Of a stretch of 64,000 nt of DNA, positions 52,801-64,000 are shown piece after piece. The DNA lies in contig OZ059897.1 of the NCBI GenBank assembly GCA_964057225.1, forward strand, positions 17,608,001 to 17,672,000. Reading direction: 5' to 3'. The stretch comes from Auanema rhodensis. Lineage: Eukaryota > Animalia > Nematoda. The translations under genes were made by a program, and so were the position numbers. The stretch's first letter is position 1. Each line of letters begins with the position of its first letter. A model generated the notes under the pieces. That model was not told the DNA's origin, searched no databases, and saw only the letters and a list, made by a program, of their open reading frames with translations.

Positions 52801-55454
52801 AAAATGATGCATTAGTGTATGTTGAGTTTCCATGTACACTCAACATTGCTTCCGAAAACATTTTGACAAAAATTTTTTCGAAAAATTTCAAAATAATTTA
52901 GCAAAAAGTAGATGTTTTTAGATTCCTTTTTTCAAGGCAAAGACGATGGACAATGTTATTCAACGAAAAAATTTATTCTTCAGGGTGAAAATCGAGGATA
53001 TAAGTGTGAACTTATATCAGTTGATATATCGGTGCATTTTTAAGCTAGCGCAAATCTGATAACACAGATCGACGCAGCTTAAAAATCCGCATCGAATGCA
53101 CTATACTACATTGAGAAACGCCTAATACAAAAATTAGTTATGATCGTTTGAAAAATGATGCATTAGTGTATGTTGAGTTTCCATGTACACTCAACATTGC
53201 TTCCGAAAACATTTTGACAAAAATTTTTTCGAAAAATTTCAAAATAATTTAGCAAAAAGTAGATGTTTTTAGATTCCTTTTTTCAAGGCAAAGACGATGG
53301 ACAATGTTATTCAACGAAAAAAACAATTCTTCAGGGTGAAAATCGAGGATATAAGTGTGAACTTATATCAGTTGATATCTCGGTGCATTTTTAAGCTAGC
53401 GCAAATTTGATAACACAGATCGACGCAGCTTAAAAATCTGCATCGAATGCACTATACTACATTGAGAAACGCTTAATACAAAAATTAGTTATGATCGTTT
53501 GAAAAATGATGCATTAGTGTATGTTGAGTTTCCATGTACACTCAACATTGCTTCCGAAAACATTTTGACAAAAATTTTTTCGAAAAATTTCAAAATAATT
53601 TAGCAAAAAGTAGATGTTTTTAGATTCCTTTTTTCAAGGCAAAGACGATGGACAATGTTATTCAACAAAAAAATTAATTCTTCAGGGTGAAAATCGAGGA
53701 TATAAGTGTGAACTTATATCAGTTGATATCTCGGTGCATTTTTAAGCTAGCGCAAATCGGATAACACAGATCGACGCAGCTTAAAAATCCGCATCGAATG
53801 CACTATACTACATTGAGAAACGCTTAATACAAAAATTAGTTATGATCGTTTGAAAAATGATGCATTAGTGTATGTTGAGTTTCCATGTACACTCAACATT
53901 GCTTCCAAAAACATTTTGACAAAAATTTTTTCGAAAAATTTCAAAATAATTTAGCAAAAAGTAGATGTTTTTAGATTCCTTTTCTCAAGGCAAAGACGAT
54001 GGACAATGTTATTCAACGAAAAAATTTATTCTTCAGGGTGAAAATCGAGGATATAAGTGTGAACTTATATCAGTTGATATATCGGTGCATTTTTAAGCTA
54101 GCGCAAATCTGATAACACAGATCGACGCAGCTTACAAATCCGCATCGAATGCACTATACTACATTGAGAAACGCTTAATACAAAAATTAGTTATGATTGT
54201 TTGAAAAATGATGCATTAGTGTATGTTGAGTTTCCATGTACACTCAACATTGCTTTCAAAAACATTTTGACAAAAATTTTTTCGAAAAATTTCAAAATAA
54301 TTTAGCAAAAAGTAGATGTTTTTAGATTCCTTTTTTCAAGGCAAAGACGATGGACAATGTTATTCAACGAAAAAAACAATTCTTCAGGGTGAAAATCGAG
54401 GATATAAGTGTGAACTTATATCAGTTGATATCTCGGTGCATTTTTAAGCTAGCGCAAATCTGATAACACAGATCGACGAAGCTTAAAAATCTGCATCGAA
54501 TGCACTATACTACATTGAGAAACGCTTAATACAAAAATTAGTTATGATCGTTTGAAAAATGATTCATTAGTGTATGTTGAGTTTCCATGTACACTCAACA
54601 TTGCTTCCAAAAACATTTTGACAAAAATTTTTTCGAAAAATTTCAAAATAATTTAGCAAAAAGTAGATGTTTTTAGATTCCTTTTTTCAAGGCAAAGACG
54701 ATGGACAATGTTATTCAACGAAAAAATTAATTCTTCAGGGTGAAAATCGAGGATATAAGTGTGAACTTATATCAATTGATATCTCGGTGCATTTTTAAGC
54801 TAGCGCAAATCTGATAACACAGATCGACGCAGCTTAAAAATCCGCATCGAATGCACTATACTACATTGAGAAACGCTTAATACAAAAATTAGTTATGATC
54901 GTTTGAAAAATGATGCATTAGTGTATGTTGAGTTTCCATGTACACTCAACATTGCTTCCAAAAACATTTTGACAAAAATTTTTTCGAAAAATTTCAAGAT
55001 AATTTAGCGAAAAATAGATGTTTTTAGATTCCTTTTTTCAAGGCAAAGACGATGGACAATGTTATTCAACGAAAAAATTGATTGTTCAGGGTGAAAATCG
55101 AGGATATAAATGTGAACTTATATCAGTTGATATCTCGGTGCATTTTTAAGCTAGCGCAAATCTTATAACACAGATCGACGCAGCTTAAAAATCCGCATCG
55201 AATGCACTATACTACATTGAGAAACGCTTAATACAAAAATTAGTTATGATCGTTTGAAAAATGATGCATTAGTGTATGTTGAGTTTCCATGTACACTCAA
55301 CATTGCTTCCAAAAACATTTTGACAAAAATTTTTTCGAAAAATTTCAAAATAATTTAGCAAAAAGTAGATGTTTTTAGATTCCTTTTTTCAAGGCAAAGA
55401 CGATGGACAATGTTATTCAACGAAAAAATTTATTCTTCAGGGTGAAAATCGAGG
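49839..55454. repeat. 8-monomer (2808-bp) higher-order repeat, two near-identical copies
   Basis: Private variants recur at 2808 bp: 59T 50599/53407; 319A 50859/53667; 206T 51448/54256; 78A 51671/54479; 61T 52356/55164; 332G 52276/55084. Confidence 0.92.
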
Positions 55455-58400
55455 ATATAAGTGTGAACTTATATCAGTTGATATATCGGTGCATTTTTAA
55501 GCTAGCGCAAATCTGATAACACAGATCGACGCAGCTTAAAAATCCGCATCGAATGCATTATACTACATTGAGAAACGCCTAATACAAAAATTAGTTATGA
55601 TCGTTTGAAAAATGATGCATTAGTGTATGTTGAGTTTCCATGTACACTCAACATTGCTTCCGAAAACATTTTGACAAAAATTTTTTCGAAAAATTTCAAA
55701 ATAATTTAGCAAAAAGTAGATGTTTTTAGATTCCTTTTTTCAAGGCAAAGACGATGGACAATGTTATTCAACGAAAAAATTAATTCTTCAGGGTGAAAAT
55801 CGAGGATATAAGTGTGAACTTATATCAGTTGATATCTCGGTGCATTTTTAAGCTAGCGCAAATCGGATAACACAGATCGACGCAGCTTAAAAATCCGCAT
55901 CGAATGCACTATACTACATTGAGAAACGCTTAATACAAAAATTAGTTATGATCGTTTGAAAAATGATGCATTAGTGTATGTTGAGTTTCCATGTACACTC
56001 AACATTGCTTCCGAAAACATTTTGACAAAAATTTTTTCGAAAAATTTCAAAATAATTTAGCAAAAAGTAGATGTTTTTAGATTCCTTTTTTCAAGGCAAA
56101 GACGATGGACAATGTTATTCAACGAAAAAATTTATTCTTCAGGGTGAAAATCGAGGATATAAGTGTGAACTTATATCAGTTGATATATCGGTGCATTTTT
56201 AAGCTAGCGCAAATCTGATAACACAGATCGATGCAGCTTAAAAATCCGCATCGAATGCACTATACTACATTGAGAAACGCTTAATACAAAAATTAGTTAT
56301 GATCGTTTGAAAAATGATGCATTAGTGTATGTTGAGTTTCCATGTACACTCAACATTGCTTCCGAAAACATTTTGACAAAAATTTTTTCGAAAAATTTCA
56401 AAATAATTTAGCAAAAAGTAGATGTTTTTAGATTCCTTTTTTCAAGGCAAAGACGATGGACAATGTTATTCAACGAAAAAATTAATTCTTCAGGGTGAAA
56501 ATCGAGGATATAAGTGTGAACTTATATCAGTTGATATCTCGGTGCATTTTTAAGCTAGCGCAAATCGGATAACACAGATCGACGCAGCTTAAAAATCCGC
56601 ATCGAATGCACTATACTACATTGAGAAACGCTTAATACAAAAATTAGTTATGATCGTTTGAAAAATGATGCATTAGTGTATGTTGAGTTTCCATGTACAC
56701 TCAACATTGCTTCCGAAAACATTTTGACAAAAATTTTTTCGAAAAATTTCAAAATAATTTAGCAAAAAGTAGATGTTTTTAGATTCCTTTTTTCAAGGCA
56801 AAGACGATGGACAATGTTATTCAACGAAAAAATTAATTCTTCAGGGTGAAAATCGAGGATATAAGTGTGAACTTATATCAGTTGATATCTCGGTGCATTT
56901 TTAAGCTAGCGCAAATCGGATAACACAGATCGACGCAGCTTAAAAATCCGCATCGAATGCACTATACTACATTGAGAAACGCTTAATACAAAAATTAGTT
57001 ATGATCGTTTGAAAAATGATGCATTAGTGTATGTTGAGTTTCCATGTACACTCAACATTGCTTCCAAAAACATTTTGACAAAAATTTTTTCGAAAAATTT
57101 CAAAATAATTTAGCAAAAAGTAGATGTTTTTAGATTCCTTTTCTCAAGGCAAAGACGATGGACAATGTTATTCAACGAAAAAATTAATTCTTCAGGGTGA
57201 AAATCGAGGATATAAGTGTGAACTTATATCAGTTGATATATCGGTGCATTTTTAAGCTAGCGCAAATCTGATAACACAGATCGACGCAGCTTACAAATCC
57301 GCATCGAATGCACTATACTACATTGAGAAACGCTTAATACAAAAATTAGTTATGATTGTTTGAAAAATGATGCATTAGTGTATGTTGAGTTTCCATGTAC
57401 ACTCAACATTGCTTTCAAAAACATTTTGACAAAAATTTTTTCGAAAAATTTCAAAATAATTTAGCAAAAAGTAGATGTTTTTAGATTCCTTTTTTCAAGG
57501 CAAAGACGATGGACAATGTTATTCAACGAAAAAAACAATTCTTCAGGGTGAAAATCGAGGATATAAGTGTGAACTTATATCAGTTGATATCTCGGTGCAT
57601 TTTTAAGCTAGCGCAAATCTGATAACACAGATCGACGAAGCTTAAAAATCTGCATCGAATGCACTATACTACATTGAGAAACGCTTAATACAAAAATTAG
57701 TTATGATCGTTTGAAAAATGATTCATTAGTGTATGTTGAGTTTCCATGTACACTCAACATTGCTTCCAAAAACATTTTGACAAAACTTTTTTCGAAAAAT
57801 TTCAAGATAATTTAGCAAAAAGTAGATGTTTTTAGATTCCTTTTTTCAAGGCAAAGACGATGGACAATGTTATTCAACGAAAAAATTAATTCTTCAGGGT
57901 GAAAATCGAGGATATAAGTGTGAACTTATATCAATTGATATCTCGGTGCATTTTTAAGCTAGCGCAAATCTGATAACACAGATCGACGCAGCTTAAAAAT
58001 CCGCATCGAATGCACTATACTACATTGAGAAACGCTTAATACAAAAATTAGTTATGATTGTTTGAAAAATGATGCATTAGTGTATGTTGAGTTTCCATGT
58101 ACACTCAACATTGCTTCCAAAAACATTTTGACAAAAATTTTTTCGAAAAATTTCAAGATAATTTAGCGAAAAATAGATGTTTTTAGATTCCTTTTTTCAA
58201 GGCAAAGACGATGGACAATGTTATTCAACGAAAAAATTGATTCTTCAGGGTGAAAATCGAGGATATAAATGTGAACTTATATCAGTTGATATCTCGGTGC
58301 ATTTTTAAGCTAGCGCAAATCTGATAACACAGATCGACGCAGCTTAAAAATCCGCATCGAATGCACTATACTACATTGAGAAACGCTTAATACAAAAATT

Positions 58401-61400
58401 AGTTATGATCGTTTGAAAAATGATGCATTAGTGTATGTTGAGTTTCCATGTACACTCAACATTGCTTCCAAAAACATTTTGACAAAAATTTTTTCGAAAA
58501 ATTTCAAAATAATTTAGCAAAAAGTAGATGTTTTTAGATTCCTTTTTTCAAGGCAAAGACGATGGACAATGTTATTCAACGAAAAAATTTATTCTTCAGG
58601 GTGAAAATCGAGGATATAAGTGTGAACTTATATCAGTTGATATATCGGTGCATTTTTAAGCTAGCGCAAATCTGATAACACAGATCGACGCAGCTTAAAA
58701 ATCCGCATCGAATGCACTATACTACATTGAGAAACGCCTAATACAAAAATTAGTTATGATCGTTTGAAAAATGATGCATTAGTGTATGTTGAGTTTCCAT
58801 GTACACTCAACATTGCTTCCGAAAACATTTTGACAAAAATTTTTTCGAAAAATTTCAAAATAATTTAGCAAAAAGTAGATGTTTTTAGATTCCTTTTTTC
58901 AAGGCAAAGACGATGGACAATGTTATTCAACGAAAAAATTTATTCTTCAGGGTGAAAATCGAGGATATAAGTGTGAACTTATATCAGTTGATATATCGGT
59001 GCATTTTTAAGCTAGCGCAAATCTGATAACACAGATCGACGCAGCTTAAAAATCCGCATCGAATGCACTATACTACATTGAGAAACGCCTAATACAAAAA
59101 TTAGTTATGATCGTTTGAAAAATGATGCATTAGTGTATGTTGAGTTTCCATGTACACTCAACATTGCTTCCGAAAACATTTTGACAAAAATTTTTTCGAA
59201 AAATTTCAAAATAATTTAGCAAAAAGTAGATGTTTTTAGATTCCTTTTTTCAAGGCAAAGACGATGGACAATGTTATTCAACGAAAAAATTAATTCTTCA
59301 GGGTGAAAATCGAGGATATAAGTGTGAACTTATATCAGTTGATATCTCGGTGCATTTTTAAGCTAGCGCAAATCGGATAACACAGATCGACGCAGCTTAA
59401 AAATCCGCATCGAATGCACTATACTACATTGAGAAACGCTTAATACAAAAATTAGTTATGATCGTTTGAAAAATGATGCATTAGTGTATGTTGAGTTTCC
59501 ATGTACACTCAACATTGCTTCCAAAAACATTTTGACAAAAATTTTTTCGAAAAATTTCAAAATAATTTAGCAAAAAGTAGATGTTTTTAGATTCCTTTTT
59601 TCAAGGCAAAGACGATGGACAATGTTATTCAACGAAAAAAACAATTCTTCAGGGTGAAAATCGAGGATATAAGTGTGAACTTATATCAGTTGATATCTCG
59701 GTGCATTTTTAAGCTAGCGCAAATCTGATAACACAGATCGACGAAGCTTAAAAATCTGCATCGAATGCACTATACTACATTGAGAAACGCTTAATACAAA
59801 AATTAGTTATGATCGTTTGAAAAATGATTCATTAGTGTATGTTGAGTTTCCATGTACACTCAACATTGCTTCCAAAAACATTTTGACAAAACTTTTTTCG
59901 AAAAATTTCAAGATAATTTAGCAAAAAGTAGATGTTTTTAGATTCCTTTTTTCAAGGCAAAGACGATGGACAATGTTATTCAACGAAAAAATTAATTCTT
60001 CAGGGTGAAAATCGAGGATATAAGTGTGAACTTATATCAATTGATATCTCGGTGCATTTTTAAGCTAGCGCAAATCTGATAACACAGATCGACGCAGCTT
60101 AAAAATCCGCATCGAATGCACTATACTACATTGAGAAACGCTTAATACAAAAATTAGTTATGATCGTTTGAAAAATGATGCATTAGTGTATGTTGAGTTT
60201 CCATGTACACTCAACATTGCTTCCAAAAACATTTTGACAAAAATTTTTTCGAAAAATTTCAAGATAATTTAGCGAAAAATAGATGTTTTTAGATTCCTTT
60301 TTTCAAGGCAAAGACGATGGACAATGTTATTCAACGAAAAAATTGATTCTTCAGGGTGAAAATCGAGGATATAAATGTGAACTTATATCAGTTGATATCT
60401 CGGTGCATTTTTAAGCTAGCGCAAATCTGATAACACAGATCGACGCAGCTTAAAAATCCGCATCGAATGCACTATACTACATTGAGAAACGCTTAATACA
60501 AAAATTAGTTATGATCGTTTGAAAAATGATGCATTAGTGTATGTTGAGTTTCCATGTACACTCAACATTGCTTCCAAAAACATTTTGACAAAAATTTTTT
60601 CGAAAAATTTCAAAATAATTTAGCAAAAAGTAGATGTTTTTAGATTCCTTTTTTCAAGGCAAAGACGATGGACAATGTTATTCAACGAAAAAATTTATTC
60701 TTCAGGGTGAAAATCGAGGATATAAGTGTGAACTTATATCAGTTGATATATCGGTGCATTTTTAAGCTAGCGCAAATCTGATAACACAGATCGACGCAGC
60801 TTAAAAATCCGCATCGAATGCACTATACTACATTGAGAAACGCCTAATACAAAAATTAGTTATGATCGTTTGAAAAATGATGCATTAGTGTATGTTGAGT
60901 TTCCATGTACACTCAACATTGCTTCCGAAAACATTTTGACAAAAATTTTTTCGAAAAATTTCAAAATAATTTAGCAAAAAGTAGATGTTTTTAGATTCCT
61001 TTTTTCAAGGCAAAGACGATGGACAATGTTATTCAACGAAAAAATTTATTCTTCAGGGTGAAAATCGAGGATATAAGTGTGAACTTATATCAGTTGATAT
61101 ATCGGTGCATTTTTAAGCTAGCGCAAATCTGATAACACAGATCGACGCAGCTTAAAAATCCGCATCGAATGCACTATACTACATTGAGAAACGCCTAATA
61201 CAAAAATTAGTTATGATCGTTTGAAAAATGATGCATTAGTGTATGTTGAGTTTCCATGTACACTCAACATTGCTTCCGAAAACATTTTGACAAAAATTTT
61301 TTCGAAAAATTTCAAAATAATTTAGCAAAAAGTAGATGTTTTTAGATTCCTTTTTTCAAGGCAAAGACGATGGACAATGTTATTCAACGAAAAAATTAAT

Positions 61401-64000
61401 TCTTCAGGGTGAAAATCGAGGATATAAGTGTGAACTTATATCAGTTGATATCTCGGTGCATTTTTAAGCTAGCGCAAATCGGATAACACAGATCGACGCA
61501 GCTTAAAAATCCGCATCGAATGCACTATACTACATTGAGAAACGCTTAATACAAAAATTAGTTATGATCGTTTGAAAAATGATGCATTAGTGTATGTTGA
61601 GTTTCCATGTACACTCAACATTGCTTCCAAAAACATTTTGACAAAAATTTTTTCGAAAAATTTCAAAATAATTTAGCAAAAAGTAGATGTTTTTAGATTC
61701 CTTTTCTCAAGGCAAAGACGATGGACAATGTTATTCAACGAAAAAATTTATTCTTCAGGGTGAAAATCGAGGATATAAGTGTGAACTTATATCAGTTGAT
61801 ATATCGGTGCATTTTTAAGCTAGCGCAAATCTGATAACACAGATCGACGCAGCTTAAAAATCCGCATCGAATGCACTATACTACATTGAGAAACGCTTAA
61901 TACAAAAATTAGTTATGATCGTTTGAAAAATGATGCATTAGTGTATGTTGAGTTTCCATGTACACTCAACATTGCTTCCAAAAACATTTTGACAAAAATT
62001 TTTTCGAAAAATTTCAAAATAATTTAGCAAAAAGTAGATGTTTTTAGATTCCTTTTTTCAAGGCAAAGACGATGGACAATGTTATTCAACGAAAAAATTA
62101 ATTCTTCAGGGTGAAAATCGAGGATATAAGTGTGAACTTATATCAGTTGATATATCGGTGCATTTTTAAGCTAGCGCAAATCTGATAACACAGATCGACG
62201 CAGCTTAAAAATCCGCATCGAATGCACTATACTACATTGAGAAACGCTTAATACAAAAATTAGTTATGATCGTTTGAAAAATGATGCATTAGTGTATGTT
62301 GAGTTTCCATGTACACTCAACATTGCTTCCGAAAACATTTTGACAAAAATTTTTTCGAAAAATTTCAAAATAATTTAGCAAAAAGTAGATGTTTTTAGAT
62401 TCCTTTTTTCAAGGCAAAGACGATGGACAATGTTATTCAACGAAAAAATTTATTCTTCAGGGTGAAAATCGAGGATATAAGTGTGAACTTATATCAGTTG
62501 ATATATCGGTGCATTTTTAAGCTAGCGCAAATCTGATAACACAGATCGACGCAGCTTAAAAATCCGCATCGAATGCACTATACTACATTGAGAAACGCCT
62601 AATACAAAAATTAGTTATGATCGTTTGAAAAATGATGCATTAGTGTATGTTGAGTTTCCATGTACACTCAACATTGCTTCCGAAAACATTTTGACAAAAA
62701 TTTTTTCGAAAAATTTCAAAATAATTTAGCAAAAAGTAGATGTTTTTAGATTCCTTTTTTCAAGGCAAAGACGATGGACAATGTTATTCAACGAAAAAAT
62801 TAATTCTTCAGGGTGAAAATCGAGGATATAAGTGTGAACTTATATCAGTTGATATCTCGGTGCATTTTTAAGCTAGCGCAAATCGGATAACACAGATCGA
62901 CGCAGCTTAAAAATCCGCATCGAATGCACTATACTACATTGAGAAACGCTTAATACAAAAATTAGTTATGATCGTTTGAAAAATGATGCATTAGTGTATG
63001 TTGAGTTTCCATGTACACTCAACATTGCTTCCAAAAACATTTTGACAAAAATTTTTTCGAAAAATTTCAAAATAATTTAGCAAAAAGTAGATGTTTTTAG
63101 ATTCCTTTTCTCAAGGCAAAGACGATGGACAATGTTATTCAACGAAAAAATTTATTCTTCAGGGTGAAAATCGAGGATATAAGTGTGAACTTATATCAGT
63201 TGATATCTCGGTGCATTTTTAAGCTAGCCCAAACCTGATAACACAGATCGACGCAGCTTAAAAATCCGCATCGAATGCACTATACTACATTGAGAAACGC
63301 CTAATACAAAAATTAGTTATGATCGTTTGAAAAATGATGCATTAGTGTATGTTGAGTTTCCATGTACACTCAACATTGCTTCCGAAAACATTTTGACAAA
63401 AATTTTTTCGAAAAATTTCAAAATAATTTAGCAAAAAGTAGATGTTTTTAGATTCCTTTTTTCAAGGCAAAGACGATGGACAATGTTATTCAACGAAAAA
63501 ATTAATTCTTCAGGGTGAAAATCGAGGATATAAGTGTGAACTTATATCAGTTGATATCTCGGTGCATTTTTAAGCTAGCGCAAATCGGATAACACAGATC
63601 GACGCAGCTTAAAAATCCGCATCGAATGCACTATACTACATTGAGAAACGCTTAATACAAAAATTAGTTATGATCGTTTGAAAAATGATGCATTAGTGTA
63701 TGTTGAGTTTCCATGTACACTCAACATTGCTTCCAAAAACATTTTGACAAAAATTTTTTCGAAAAATTTCAAAATAATTTAGCAAAAAGTAGATGTTTTT
63801 AGATTCCTTTTCTCAAGGCAAAGACGATGGACAATGTTATTCAACGAAAAAATTTATTCTTCAGGGTGAAAATCGAGGATATAAGTGTGAACTTATATCA
63901 GTTGATATCTCGGTGCATTTTTAAGCTAGCCCAAACCTGATAACACAGATCGACGCAGCTTAAAAATCCGCATCGAATGCACTATACTACATTGAGAAAC

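Larger units (their letters stand above)
1..64000. repeat. Tandem satellite DNA array, 351-bp monomer, about 182.3 copies, head-to-tail, open at both window ends
   Basis: ATATAAGTGTGAACTTATATC starts at 1, 352, 703 ... 7021, 14041, 21061, 28081 (exact multiples of 351). After two 2-bp deletions the phase shifts by 4 (35097, 40011, 47031, 54051, 61071, 63879). The consensus has 110 G+C in 351 bp and copies differ by a few substitutions. Confidence 0.99.

Noticed and set aside
1-64000. Coding tandem repeat (351 bp = 117 codons, so frame is preserved between units)
   Set aside because: The ORF track shows nothing longer than 75 aa, so no frame stays open across a unit.
1-64000. CRISPR array or other repeat-spacer cassette system
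   Set aside because: There are no unique spacers: the sequence between the palindromes is as conserved as the palindromes. No cas or recombinase genes are present.
1-64000. Inversion or strand switch, TE insertion, telomeric repeat
   Set aside because: The 351-bp phase arithmetic accounts for the entire window in one orientation, leaving no room for inserted sequence.

Overview
The whole 64-kb window is one uninterrupted head-to-tail tandem satellite array. It contains 182 full copies plus a 122-bp partial copy of a 351-bp AT-rich monomer (about 31% GC by my count). Copies differ from the consensus by only a few substitutions, all lie in the same orientation, and no transposon insertion, unique sequence or real gene is visible. 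All eight ORFs in the track are by-products of point variants in the repeat. This looks like eukaryotic (peri)centromeric or heterochromatic satellite DNA; the host and family cannot be named from the sequence alone. The informative structure is at two scales. (1) Inside the monomer: four inverted-repeat elements, A/T tracts, a near-invariant block and no CpG depletion. (2) Across the array: shared diagnostic variants reveal local 2-, 3-, 4-, 6-, 8-, 9- and 10-monomer duplications (nascent higher-order repeats), a left-to-right turnover of variant families, and a few short haplotypes found far from their home cluster. I do not see a protein-coding or prokaryotic-type novel system here. Monomer positions quoted below are numbered with window base 1 as position 1.
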